From NCBI GenBank assembly GCA_000320545.1, contig ADNK01003464.1, positions 35,503-99,502 of the forward strand: a stretch of DNA of 64,000 nt. Direction: 5' to 3'. This document shows, piece by piece, positions 37,403 to 50,409 of this stretch. This stretch comes from Bigelowiella natans CCMP2755. Its lineage: Eukaryota > Protista > Cercozoa. The notes beneath the pieces were generated by a model, which did not search any database, was not told where the DNA came from, and worked only from the letters and a program-made list of their open reading frames with translations. Within the stretch, counting starts at the first letter, position 1. Each line of letters starts with the position of its first letter. Made by a program: the position numbers and the translations under genes.

Positions 37403-39112
37403 ATGGTTAGCGTTGTCACTCAGAACAAGCAGAAAAGCACCCAGTTAGTGTCTAAAGAGAAGAAAGGAGCAGGTTCTACCCGTCATCGTGCAGTAACATT
37501 CAAAAATCAGCCGATGTTGACGTCTTTGACACATTTCAGGAAAGCCATTCTTCTGTGTTGGCACGAGAATTTTCAAGAAATTTGACGGAGAGAACGAAGG
37601 CCATCACGGTTTTGTGAGTCAAGTAGAAATCGAGAAGGGGTCAAAGGGACGGCACCTCTACATCGTAAGATACGACGATGGAGAATGTGGCGTATTCTAT
37701 GAGAACGATGTGAAAAAATGGGCGACACAGAACCATTTTTGCGACGAAAGTAGTTCGAATAAATATCGAAATAGGCGTCGGTATAACAGCATCGGCCCTA
37801 TGAACATGGCAGTTCTCAATTCGATGTTACCGTCATGTCCAAAAAGCGAAAACATTCAATCTGTTCGTACAGCTGCGGCACATAAAGAGTCTATTTCTCC
37901 TCCTTCAGTAGAGGCTGATCTCAGGGAGATGTTAGCTAGGCACGATAAAAGTATAAACGTCACTCCAATCGGAGGTACTGCGAATCTAATGTTGCAGCCA
38001 CGGTTAGGGGGGGGGGATGGCCGTAAAGCCTCTCCAGAGACAACAGCTGCCAGGGCACAAAAAAATCTTCAATTCAGCACGAAATCTACAAATCATGATA
38101 TGTATTCTTGTACAGCTGCAACCCAAACAGCAGCCTCCATAAAAAAAGCAAATTCTCTTTCAACAAACACAAATTTCGGTAACCCTACAGGAAACCAGCT
38201 GGTAATGGCAGCAGCGTCGCCATCTGCCTCCCTTCCTTCAATTACATCCAGTGTAGCTGAGAAAAAGAGTATCTTGGCAGATAATAATACTAAGGGGGAG
38301 AAACGAAGGCGAAATTGCTGGAATGCACAGGAGGATGCAAAGCTGATGGAGCTGCGTGGGCAGCTAGGATGTAATAATTGGAAACAAATCGCCAGCAAAA
38401 TGGACACGGGAAGGACTGCAAAACAATGCCAAGCACGATGGACAAACCAGCTGCAACCCTCGTTAAAAAAGGGGGCTTTCACCCTTGAGGAGAAGACGTT
38501 ATTCTCTATTCTACATCGACAGCATGGAAAGCAATGGAGCCTGATTGCTAAATCGATGCCCGGGAGATCTGACAACGCAGTGAAAAACTACTTCTACGCT
38601 ATGCAGAGGCGTATAGCACGTAGTATGAGAGAAAAGGTGGTGGCCAACAGTGTTAAACAAATAGGGAGAAGGCGATACGCTATCACCGAAACAACTTCTG
38701 TGGCTAATGATGCTGCTATTGCAGCAGCTAATTCAACGGCCATAAGTCTGATGGTAGGAAAAACAAGCAGTACTACTTCATCCCTTGTTGATGGGAAGGA
38801 GAATGTATGCGTAGAAAAAGGGCCGATTGTAGCGAACGTACCTGCTATTTCGCATGGCAATCCACACAATAAAGAGACTGGATTATTGCAAAACTGCAAA
38901 GCCACAACAAAATATCTTGATCCCAACCAGGCACATATAGCGGATAATATACCTGATAGAAACTCTATAATCACCAACAGCATCGATATCAAAGCAGAAG
39001 ATGAGCAAAATAAGCAAGAAGATAACGACTTTAGCTCAGAAGTGAAGGCAACTTCGATGGACGGCGTACATGCCCTTGCGGCAGCAGCTGCTGCTGCATC
39101 TAAAGCACAACT

Positions 39113-39143
<31 letters not shown>

Positions 39144-39953
39144 GTTGCGTCTAAGGGATCAAAGTTGATTTTCTCAAGTGTTTCAAAGCCTTCTGCGAAG
39201 AAGAAGAGGAAGAAGACAGGACTATCTCGCATGAAAACTGCTCGATCGACCCGCACTTGGAATCGGCACCGATCGATTAAACACCGCACAAGCCTCTCAA
39301 AGGAAGGGGGTGCTGCTATGAAAAAAAGACGTCGGGAAGGGGGAGAGGGCATAGGAGGCCGTGATATGCTGCGAAAAAGACCCAAAGGTAGAGATATAGA
39401 TAGAGTTGAAGAAGAATAGCATGATTCATGATTTATGATCATCACATTATGCATTCATGCGTGCAATTTAATCGTTTAGTCTTATCTCTCTCCCCCTTCC
39501 CCCCTCCCCCCTCTCTCCCTCTCTCCCTCTCTCGCACACATATGAGGCGGTAACAAAAGCTCAAGCGGATACAGAAGTAGCAGTAGCAGAAGTGACAGCC
39601 ATTTTGTGGGAGGGGGGGGGGCAGCAGGTGATGAATACTCAACTGAAGTAATAGAAGGTAGAAGATGGGAGGAGGGAATTGGATGGATATACAAAGTCAA
39701 GTGGTGCGGCTACGATGAACGTACATGGGAACCAGAAATCAACCTCACGGAAGGGGGGGTGTACAACAAGCATTTGTTGCAGTTTTTGAGGAGAGAAAGG
39801 CTAATTCAAACAGCCAACGACGATAATAAGAGGCACGCCGTGAACAAAACCAAATTTCCTACACATAAGAGTGCGAGTAGTCGTATCAATGGGATACTAC
39901 CATCGGGGGGGGGAAGAATATCGAACAAAAGTGAGACGAAGAGGAAGGTTTGA
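37403..39953 (+). CDS. R2R3-MYB DNA-binding protein with N-terminal Tudor-like domain and C-terminal chromodomain
   Basis: MYB repeats WNAQEDAKL...WKQIA...RTAKQCQARW and FTLEEK...WSLIAKSMPGRSDNAVKNYF. N-terminal VGTRIFKKFDG...YIVRYDDG. Chromodomain EYSTEVIEGRR...YKVKWCGYDERTWEPEINL joined in frame by putative intron 39388-39546. Confidence 0.85.
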
Positions 39954-40139
39954 CAAATATAGGCAGGCAGCTGATCACACCGCAAGTTGACTGTTGAAAG
40001 TCAAATGAAAAAGTCATAATACAGGTGTGAGAAGGTGGTGATGAAACGCAGCTGCACGTAGCGCTGACAATTGATCAATGTGCCTGCTCGTCGAGTAATT
40101 TATATGCGCATGTCGCATAATGTACATGTAGCATGTTGG

Positions 40140-40860
40140 ACATGGTAGCTGCTAGCGTAGATGATCGTAATCGTACCTAGCATCATCATGATTTGTGTGT
40201 TGTGCTAGCGTGCTTGCTAGCTAGTGTGTAGCGTGTCGAGGTGTGCTAGTCTAGTAGTGTGCACCGCAATGAATGTACGCCCCCATTATTTGTGCTCTAG
40301 TGCTCTAGTGCTAGTGTGCTAGCTAGCTAGTGTGGTGCTGGCATGCTAGCATGAGCTATATGAGACCGCATGCTAGCTCTATACTAGTAGAGCTAGCTAG
40401 CGTGCTAGCGTGTGCGTGATTGCTAGATTGATGTACATATCAAATTAATGTTGCGTCAAGACTCAACGTTCGGCGATCTTACTAGCTAGAGTTAGCTAGA
40501 CATAGCGCATAGTCTAGTAGTGCACAAACCAGTTTTTGCAAGTCGATCTTGTGACCAACTACATGTCGATTAGATCGTGCAAAACTTAGCGCATGTGATA
40601 GTTACCAACAACGCGCTACCAGCGCTAGAGCGTATAGCTCTACACATGTGTGCCCCGCATCAACACAATGCTAGAATGGTCGCTCTTGTCTAGTTGTATT
40701 CAGGCGTGTGAGACGACGCTACATAGCAATGGCTAGATGTGTACATTAAGACATGTCTGAAGATGTGTGCTACATTAAAACAACCATAACAACGCATATC
40801 TAGACATCCAGATGCTACTACCTACTTAGTTCGCCATTGTTGCACATATCTAGACATCGT
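40140..40860. other. CTAG-rich convergent intergenic zone (MYB / argE)
   Basis: About 30 CTAG in ~720 bp. Confidence 0.9.
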
Positions 40861-40900
40861 TTACTTACTCGATCGAAATCGATCACCACCTGATCGATCA

Positions 40901-41627
40901 TTACACGCTGTCCTCGCATTTTTGGATAAGCAGCGACAGAACCTTGAATGCATCTCTCATGTCGGAAAGAAGAACATATTCGTTATCCGCATGATACGTC
41001 TTTGACAGTCCAAATCCCGTAATTTGCAGATCAAAGCCTACGATTAATAAGTTACATAAATATTCACACAATTCTTCAATTGCATATTCGAATTGAGCAC
41101 TCTTTGCGCAAAACATTGGCTTATTTGCTGCTGTTTAATCACAAAAATCATGAGAGGCTTCTCGCATTTATAAAACCTCTGCAATGACTTCACTGTTACC
41201 TCCCCTCCCCTCCCCTCTTGATTCTCTGCCCTTACAATCTACTACCTTCTTTCTGCATTTCTCTGACAAGCGGCAAGCTTCCCGTGATAGAGTAGGGTGC
41301 AGCCTGACAATAATAATAATAGGCGGTGGTGATGGTAACAACCCAGAGCAATAGCATTATTAGTGCGACAATAACAATAGGTGGTGGTGGTGGTTATAAC
41401 CCAAAGCAAGAGCATTATTAGCACGATGATGCATCAACGAGCACACAATTTAGCATTGCTTACATACGACTAATGTATTATTCAATGCATGCATCTTTCC
41501 TTAACTAGATTTCCATAATAAGTGAGAGAACACCACCTTGCCCTTGACAGCAGCAGTTGCGTCGCAAAGAGCCTGTTGTGTGTAATTGAGGAGTGGGACT
41601 AGGTGTAGTGGTAGTCTTAGGTGTGCG

Positions 41628-41676
<49 letters not shown>

Positions 41677-42314
41677 CCATCCCTTTCATTCGCGGTTATG
41701 CGTTACAGTCTAGGAGCTCGTTTGTGGTTCTCCTCCTCCTCCTCCTCCTCCTCCTCCTCCTCCTCCTCATCATCATCATCATCATCAATAAATCCACCTC
41801 ACCTTAAATCCCACAGAGCTTAAGTCGCAGGCAATGCCTTCCATGTGTCTTTTTGACAGCACAACAAGCAGTATGAGATATATTGCTTACAGCAAGAACA
41901 ACAGGATGAAGGATATCACAAATAAAAGAACTACCGGCAATCCTTGAGAGAAGCTCCCCACTCCAACTCGATAACCCCTGAAAGGAGAACAAGAAGGGGA
42001 GATGATGGGTTGTACAATACGTGCATTAACGACGATGGCAACGAGACACGATGATGATGCTAACGATAATCACCACCATCATCATCAGTCAGAAAGAGAA
42101 CTCATTTCTGTTATGACTTATGACAGCTAATGAAGTGTATGATCCTGGTAGCATGTTTGGGCCGTCGTTGGTTGATTTCTTCATTCTTCATTGACATCCA
42201 ACATCACTACCTCGTTTAATATCTACGTCGTCTCCCTCCAGCACGTACTTGCTGCGAATTGGCAGAATAATACACATATTCAACAAGAACTTGTTAATAT
42301 TATTACACAGATCA

Positions 42315-42353
<39 letters not shown>

Positions 42354-43705
42354 TCAGCATACATCTCCACTTGATGATCTCTCTCTCTCTCTCTCTTTCT
42401 CCCTCATGAACGACCTCATTGGTCCCCTCGTAGGCAATTTCTCTATGTTGTCGTTCAAGTCTTTCACCCAGCTCTCCATCTGCCAGTAGTACATTGTTGG
42501 GTATTATTTTCCACACACAACCAAGTAAGAGTAAGAAGGCATGACGGTATCAGCAAGGAGACGACTTAAGCAGCAGCAGCACACATCGGGTGGCCAAAAG
42601 GAGAGGCAGAATACCCCCCCCCTTTTACACCCCCATTGGAGTAATATCCCCCCCCCTCTTCTCCTCCCCCCCCCCTCCTGCTAGTATATAGTAGTAACTT
42701 ACTACGCATCGATGTACTGCTGTAACAGTCGGTCTCTAATAGCACCTTGTCGTACAACTCCTTGATGTCATAGAAAGGGGTCAAACGTACGTCTCCTGCC
42801 ATCGTACGTGTCATCGTGGGATAACGAGAAGTAAGTAGGGTAAAGCAGTAGAAGGGGGGGGAAGAGGACGGGTGGATGAAAGAGAAAACGAGGAGTTGAA
42901 ACAGGAAGGAAGAACATAGATGATACACCTCCAAATCCCCCCCCCTCCCTCCCAAAAAAACATGAAATCTTGAACATTACTCCCACCGAAGAACGTCGGA
43001 TAATCTCCTCTCTTCGTCTCTCACAATTAACACAACATCCGTAGATGGAAAGCATTGCTTGGCTGTTCCAAACGTGATGATAAACGACAGACATTCATTC
43101 TCCGGAGAAAATGCCCACCGCTCAGTGAGAAGCAATTATCAACCTACCGGAAATGACACACTGCCGTGGGATTTGATTGAGCGACCCTTTCGCACACTCC
43201 ATTTGGGTGGGCTTCATCGTGCTGTTGTTTGAGTTGTTTTGCAGTAATACACAAAACATAATAAATCAGCAGACGACAAGGAACAGGATTGCCAGCAATA
43301 TGCCACACAAAGATCATAAGAACAACAACAACAACAACAACAACTACTACTACTACGTTTCTTGCAGCCTACCCACCTACCTACCTTGGGCACATGAACT
43401 TATACTTCTTCTCGAGCTCATGGGCGGGGAATGCTTTGTAGAACTTATCCTGGAGGACTTTCAAGTACAACGGCAAAGGAAATGCTTACACAAAATGTAG
43501 ATGAGTATACATTATATATACATGCCAGTGACGATGGTGGTGAGAATGATACAGACGTTGTTCATCGCCGCACAACCCACCATATGGCTGCTAATAAGTA
43601 CATAGTAGGTAGATAATGAATCCATGAATGAGGCACCTACCTTTGAGTGCTTCCATGCCAAGCTCTAATGCATTGATGCCCTGGAGTGAGTATTATGTTA
43701 CGAAT

Positions 43706-43751
<46 letters not shown>

Positions 43752-45876
43752 ATCGCTCAAACACATGTCATGGTTTCATGGAACTGTTCTGACTCATTTA
43801 CAGATACATTTGACGACGTGTGGAGATATAAGGGCGCAGCGTAGTAGTAGTAGTAGTAGTAGCCTTTTCTTGCTTTCCTACAGGATACTACTACTACTAC
43901 TACTATTACTACTACTACTTCTACTACTACTACTACTACCACCAGTACCACTACAACAAGCTTTAAAAAAGAAACCCCCCTCCTCCTCCTCCTCCTCCTA
44001 CCTTGTGGGGTAGCCCAGAATGGAAGATTCTTCCAGTGAATTTAAGGTGCCATCGAATGCTACCAGCGGTACCTACCACCAGTAGTAGTAGTAGTAGCAG
44101 CAGCAAAAGCAAAAGCAGCAGTATCATCAAAAACTCATTCTTCTCCTATAAAATAGCTTTGAGCAGGGTGATGATTATGTTCATGATCATGATCATTATT
44201 ATTATTATTATCATCATCATCAATGTCGATGTCATTGTTAGAATACCGCAGCAAGGCTGGGAATCTGCACTATCCACCTGATATATCAAAATAATAATAA
44301 TAAACATCTTCATCTTCATCATCATCATCATCATGTAGCAGTGGTAGAGTGGGAGGGGGAGGAGGAGCATGAATAAGGCGCAAAAATCGTCTTTCTTGCA
44401 TGTTTACCAATTTTCACAATGAATATTCAGAAGATGGTTTTTGAAAAAGAATGGACAACACACTACGGCATTTGTCAAGATTTCGTCGGAATTGGTGGAT
44501 ATGCTACCCACCCAAAACACAGGCCCGTTGTGAAGCTCTTTGATCTTGCCATGTTTGACCACCATATCCACACCCACACCCTGAATCATACCAAAGGATG
44601 ATGCATCCATGGCGATAGCTACGTTTAGATTCCATTGGATCAAAAGTGAGAGATTTAAAGGAAGCAGTAAATGAGCTAGCAAAAGAGGTAGTGCGTATTG
44701 AAATTAGCAGCTAAGTCCTTATTCTGCAAGATGACCCTTTTCATTGTTGCTGTTATTAGGATTGTACGCTAGTGGGTGATGCTAGATAACTTCCTATGAA
44801 TTGCTGTCTTACCGGTCCCCCCCCCTCTTCTGACGCAATGAACAGTGCAACAACAGTGCGTTTGAGCTTTGGCTTATTCTTTGCCAGTGAGGCCATAAGC
44901 ATTGTCACCTAATTAATTCGCATAAGCAGCATGAGCACCATAAGGAAAAAAGACGCTGGATGATGTGTTATATATAAAGCAGCACCATGGCTACATGGCC
45001 GAGGCAATCCGTCGTCCCTCGTCCGTAGAGTTTGTCTCCCTTAATTGTCAGCTTGAAAGGATCAACCTCCCATCTAAATAATAGGATAAACAACGAAGAA
45101 GAGAAAGATTATGGCGATGCTAGTGATACTATTGATGGCCGCTTCATTATTCGAACCATTGGCGTAATATAGTGAGAGTAAGTTACTTCTCTGGATTTGC
45201 TGGGACAACGTCGAGATGGCAGCCTATGATTCCAATTGTCTCCTTACTATCGGACCCTGGTGGTGATGGATGGATGGAGGAGGATACGATTTAGGTTGTC
45301 ACGACATCTACTTGGTCGTATCCACGTCATCCTACATTGTATAAATTTTGCTGAGGTATATTACCTTGGTAAGTAATCTTGACGTTTGGTCGCCCCTTCT
45401 CATACTCAAGCTTCTCGAATTTCAGTGGGCCGCCCTGTGGACAACAACAGTATGGAGGATGAAACCTTACTCATTTTCGTACTACCTTCTTCCATAAATA
45501 AAGTTTGATGGATGAATTGGTAAGAAATTATTTGAAGTTGACCGTACCTCTCCGATATATGGTTTCAGGTATTCTTCAACATGCGCCGCACTCTTACATT
45601 CCTGTAATTACGAATCATAAAAAAATAGGAGCGGGCTCCATTCTGGATGAAACCATTCACAGCCCGCCTTCTCTTTTCATACCTGTGGGATCAAACCCTG
45701 CCCTGGGTCGTTCTGGAGATACTTTGATTCGCTGATAAGCTTCTCTGAGATGGCGAGTAAAGAAAGGACATCAGGGCGCTTGATGGTGCAACTATCTAGG
45801 AATATGAACCTAGCAGGGCGACGAAAGCATTGTCGTCGAAGGTGACATCTTTAAATTCTTGTTCGATCTTGCTCAT
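40901..45876 (-). CDS. argE: N-acetylornithine deacetylase (M20 peptidase family, plant/ArgE-like), many exons
   Basis: Exons: FVALL|EKLISESKYLQNDP, LYGRGTTDCLGHV, DSADSQPCCG, FTGRIFHSGLPHK, GINALELGMEAL, GSLNQIP, GDVRLTPFYDI, SKYVL, EGIACDLSSVGFK, PYSITGSLPLVREMQ, GFGLSKTYHADNEY. ATG 45876, TAA 40901. Confidence 0.93.
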
Positions 45877-46369
45877 GGTCAAATTTTGGTTCGTTGGTTT
45901 CACTCCGGGGCGAGAGAAAGTGGGTGGGGGGCGGATGAGATAGATTTGCTTCTCCGAGTACGAGTAGTGTGCTTCTCCGACGCAGTCTACACGAATTATG
46001 CATTTTTAGATGTGAGACAACTTTATTACTTGTCGCATGCGATAAATCGAGGACTTATATGTAGCCAACCTACTCAAAAAAAAAAAGAATACAAATGATT
46101 TATTGTATATTAAGAGGAACAAAATACATGGGATTTTGATCTAGGCGACACATCGGTTTCTGATATTTCGGTTATTAATCGCATAGCCAACCCTTGCACA
46201 TTTCGTTTAGGAAAAGAGAGCTGAGGGTGTGTGAGGTGCGGTGCGTATCTGCTTACTCGAAGTAGTTCTGAAGTTGTCCAGCCTCCTTCTGGGCAGCTTA
46301 AAATTCACTTGGGCGTTTTGATTGTGGGAAGGGCGAAATTTTGGGGTTGATTAGTGCGAAGAGACGTCG

Positions 46370-47674
46370 TTGATTGAGCACCGACTAATTGGTGGAAACA
46401 TGGAGAGTCCAAAATCTGCTAAGACGGTGTCTAGCTCCTCTCGGAGTAGAGTATTTGTGCCCACTGCATTGGCACCGAAGCCCTCAAAGTTGATTCGAAG
46501 CGAGGCTACGAAGGTGGTCGCTGATCTTGGCGGCCGTGATTATAGAGATAGCTCTTTTCGAAAAGACAGGTCGATGAAAGGAACAAAAGAAAGCGCGTTC
46601 TTGAAAACTGGGAATTTCCTTGAGATCGAAATTTCGAGGAAGAGCTCGGACATTGGTAGCAGTACGGGCGACTTAATTTCAACAAGTAGTGGCGATGTCA
46701 ATCAAGCTCCAAGACCCCGTCAGGTGCCCCGACTTCGGTTGATGACAAAAGCGAAACAACTGTTTACGCAAAAGGACATAATCACAAACACATCTTCCAA
46801 CTATGGTCTAGTGCAAAGTTTAAAGAAGATCCATCTGAACGCCGGCAAGAGCAATAAGCTAAGTGCAAAGTACGGTTTGGTGGAGCATCGGCCAAAGGTC
46901 TGGAACCAAGAGGAGAGGTACATCAAAAAGAGAGGATTTAGACCTTTTGCTCCCGTTAAAGGCCCCCGACCAGGTTTGATAGATTGTGATTCGAGCCCCT
47001 ATGGTAAGCCCAAGAGTTGTCCTGCGTTTGGTTCGTCCAACCGAAGGCAATTTCGGTTCGTGCCCATTGACATGGCTGAACCCGAGAAGTTTAATCCGGG
47101 GCCTGGAAAGTATGTAAACGAGCCGGAAAAACCGGCATCCACAGCTATGATGCAGTTCCCCAATGCGATACGATTTTCAAAGGTTCGTCATAACGCACCT
47201 GGCGTTGGGGCGTACAATCTTTGCAGAGATAAGAACTGGAGCAAGCTCGTTTCTTCACCATTTCGGAATAAGATGCAACGACTCCGCAGTGCAACCTCGA
47301 CGTCTAGTCCAGGTCCGGGCATGTATTCTCCAAAGAGTGGTAGGTCGCAAAGCGCCATTATGTTTCGCCGCTCGCCTCTCCCAGGCTTCCGCGCTTCAAA
47401 AGCTCGGTTCACCTATAAAGCTCCCACACCGAACACAGCGCGCAGAGGACCGGGATTATACTTTGATGGAATGAAACTCTCACAGTGGAAGAACTCGCAT
47501 AATGTAGCAATGTCGAGAGACAAAAAGGTTCAACACATATGGAAGACAACTGATTGTGCAGAAATGCTCGTTCCATCCCAGGGTGCAGTGAAGCCACAAC
47601 TTCTTTCATCGACCAAAACACCTAAAACAGCTTTACGAAACACGTCTGTAAAGAGCCTAAGGAGGAAGACATAG
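46370..47674 (+). CDS. Sperm-tail PG-rich repeat (SHIPPO/ODF3/STPG-like) protein, intronless
   Basis: Basic ORF with NPGPGKY, APGVGAY, SPGPGMY and RGPGLY repeats, preceded by F-x-x-x-x-R-type motifs. Probable ATG at ~46400. Confidence 0.75.
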   Translation: MIEHRLIGGNMESPKSAKTVSSSSRSRVFVPTALAPKPSKLIRSEATKVVADLGGRDYRDSSFRKDRSMKGTKESAFLKTGNFLEIEISRKSSDIGSSTGDLISTSSGDVNQAPRPRQVPRLRLMTKAKQLFTQKDIITNTSSNYGLVQSLKKIHLNAGKSNKLSAKYGLVEHRPKVWNQEERYIKKRGFRPFAPVKGPRPGLIDCDSSPYGKPKSCPAFGSSNRRQFRFVPIDMAEPEKFNPGPGKYVNEPEKPASTAMMQFPNAIRFSKVRHNAPGVGAYNLCRDKNWSKLVSSPFRNKMQRLRSATSTSSPGPGMYSPKSGRSQSAIMFRRSPLPGFRASKARFTYKAPTPNTARRGPGLYFDGMKLSQWKNSHNVAMSRDKKVQHIWKTTDCAEMLVPSQGAVKPQLLSSTKTPKTALRNTSVKSLRRKT

Positions 47675-47949
47675 GACCTAGTAGAATGAGTCCTGAAAAA
47701 TGATATAAGCAACTGTTTAGATATTTGCCCAACTCTAAGAATGATATTATCGGGGATCACAATTGACAATTGACTGCGCATGGCATCCAAATTGGGGCAC
47801 GTGCTATGCAATTATTTAATGACTTTACTCATGTAGGAACGGCAATCATAAATTCTTCAAACAAAATTTTCATCTCATGAACTTAAAGAGCGCGCCTTCT
47901 CCCCCCTCCCTATCTCTCTTACATGTTTTTTGAGCCACTGCTGACAGAC

Positions 47950-48530
47950 AAACAATTTCTAGATTTGCATGAGCTGGTGCGCTATTGACTTTGCTTAGCT
48001 TGTCAGATTCTCCCCTGCAAATGAGGCTGCAATAGTTTTAGAGCTGCATTCTGTCGTCTAGTCCTAGAGTCGTGTGCATGCGCTGAACACGCTAGCACAC
48101 TCCACTATTCTACTCTCATGTGCACCATGACGCAGTCTCGTAGACATTGCCACATCATCATGACATCGCATGTACATGCCTTTGCCAGCTCTAGAGCTAG
48201 CTAGCTAGCTAGGCTAGTAGGTGCAAAGTTTGACATCATCAAATGGCGCGCAGCAATGCTAGCATGCAGCTGTGCACTTTGTCTCCAGTCTAAATGTGCC
48301 CACCCAGACACCCCTAGATCCCATTTAGTCCACCTATTTGCATGTACCTAGACACGCAGTGTGCGCACGTCGTTCACAGTGTGCACATCGTTCTCTCTAG
48401 GTCTGTCCAAAGTTGGCCGACATACATCTAAAACTTAGAACACGTATCCTGCAGGCTGTGCAGCACACAAAGAACGGGAATGCTTATTTGCACTGTTAAT
48501 ACGTACTAGCGTAACAAAGTCGCATGCATT
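47950..48530. other. CTAG-rich convergent intergenic zone (SHIPPO gene / membrane-protein gene)
   Basis: About 15 CTAG in ~570 bp, including a CTAG cluster at 48191-48217. Confidence 0.85.
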
Positions 48531-48687
48531 TCTACATTTAGGTCACTTGTGCCTGTGCATTTTGTTTGACATAGCAGGCAAGGTTATAAACACGCATTCA
48601 AGCTCAAAGTAATAAGTGCCCTCAAGCGAGATTACAAGCACGCATTCAAGCTCAATGTAACAAGTATCCTTAGTTGAATAATCAAAA

Positions 48688-50165
48688 CTACTGCCTCGAA
48701 ATATAGAGCAAAAAGTAACCATTAGCTATGGTTCCAATCCACATCCCAAAGTCAATATCAGCATGATAATCTCGTCTTTCGGATTGCCATTGCTCTGAGT
48801 ACCTAATATCTTTTTCTAGCTGATACATACCGTAGACCAAAAAACTTACCGCAACAACCGGAGCCAAGATGGCAAATATTATAGTCAACTTGTTCAATCT
48901 TTTAATGATCTCCAAAGATCTCTGCATTCTTTGACTTTTAACTTTTGAAATGCGCGAGGGAGCAAATTCAGTGCGCGTTGTTGACAACTTTTGTAGACTT
49001 TTTCTCTCAGGAACAGCTGTGTTTTTGTCCGCATTTTTAAGCCGCACGGTAAATGTAGAGGCAGAGTTTGCATCTTGCGATGAGATTTCCACCATATTTT
49101 TAGGAACTTCTGTAATTTTTTGGCTATCTTCATCTTGAAATGTTCCATTCAACATTGGATGTTTCGAGTTGGTTTGACCCTGCGATGGTGAATTGACGCT
49201 TAGTTTTGTCCCAACCCCGTAATATGTGGAGGACTTAACAGATGACACAGTCGTAGATTTTGGTATAGTTGATGCAATGAAGCCCTTGAGCCTTCGTAAC
49301 GAATATGTATATAATGAACCGGCGACGGCAATTGTCAAACCTATGGCAAGATGCTTAATCGCATTGAAGCGAAAGTCGTCCGTAACTTGTAACCCAATTA
49401 TTGATATAGACATTATAACCCAGGTAATAATGATACCTATTAAAATTTGTGCGGAGAGATGAGAACGAGTTCCTTGTGAAATATAATTAATATAAAAAGA
49501 ACTACCGATTTGAACTATGATAGAAGAATACTTGGGCTTTCTCATCGTTACATTTGCAGCAGAATAGGATGCATTAGATACTATCAGCGTTAGGTACTGA
49601 AAACATAATGTGGCATTCTCAATTTACACAGAAAAATACATACACTTATGCTTCAAGTACCAATAGTAAAGACAAGAGAATGGTCTATGAATAAAATAGA
49701 AAACATAATTAGTGACTTGCTCAACTCGTACACTATTTCAGGTAGATAACGTACTATTCCGAGTGAGTTAAGAGCGTGATAAGCTCGCCAACCGTAGGTA
49801 AATGGATCATGAGCCCCAAAGTAAAATGTTCCCCATATAAACGCGTCAAAAGTTGCCGTCCTTAATGCATAATTAGGACAGTATTTCGTATGATTAACAT
49901 CGAAATATCGAAATGCTTTTGAGAGTTTGAGAGAAATTAGTAAAGTTTTACACAAGGTGTTTTTCTTGTATGTTTTAATTGATACAATCATAGGATGGGA
50001 GCTTGTGTCTTGAAATAAACACAGTCCATGTACGAACCTTTTGATCAATTTCATGTTGAGGTTCCCTCCAACGTTTGTCGATAGGGACCAAAATATTTGC
50101 ACGAGGCACATGCCAAATTTGAGGGCATCGCTCACAACCCAGCGAAGATCGTACTCCATTTCCAT
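48688..50165 (-). CDS. Multi-pass (7TM-like, THH1/TOM1-like) membrane protein
   Basis: Several hydrophobic helices across two overlapping ORF blocks linked by short introns, with a long Ser/Thr-rich loop before the last two helices. Confidence 0.6.
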
Positions 50166-50409
50166 TTTGTTGGCTGGGTTTGAGGCACGGGTGAAGCACG
50201 GTTGTGAGGCCGCAGTGCAATACTCACAGACACGTAACCCTAGTTTTTGTTCCCGATGCGGATATGCGGAATTTCATTCAAACTTCTATATTTCTACGAT
50301 AAATCTACCGAAGCTTAAAAAGAAGTTGGTTTTCAAATTACGACAACAAAAATCTATTGTCGTAAATGACTGATGTCTGTCTTTCGGAGGCGATTCTTGG
50401 GAATTTAAG

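Noticed and set aside
38093-39454. 160- and 286-aa minus-strand ORFs
   Set aside because: Antisense shadows of the MYB exon; the same applies to 31998-32534, 58108-58599 and 62521-63599.
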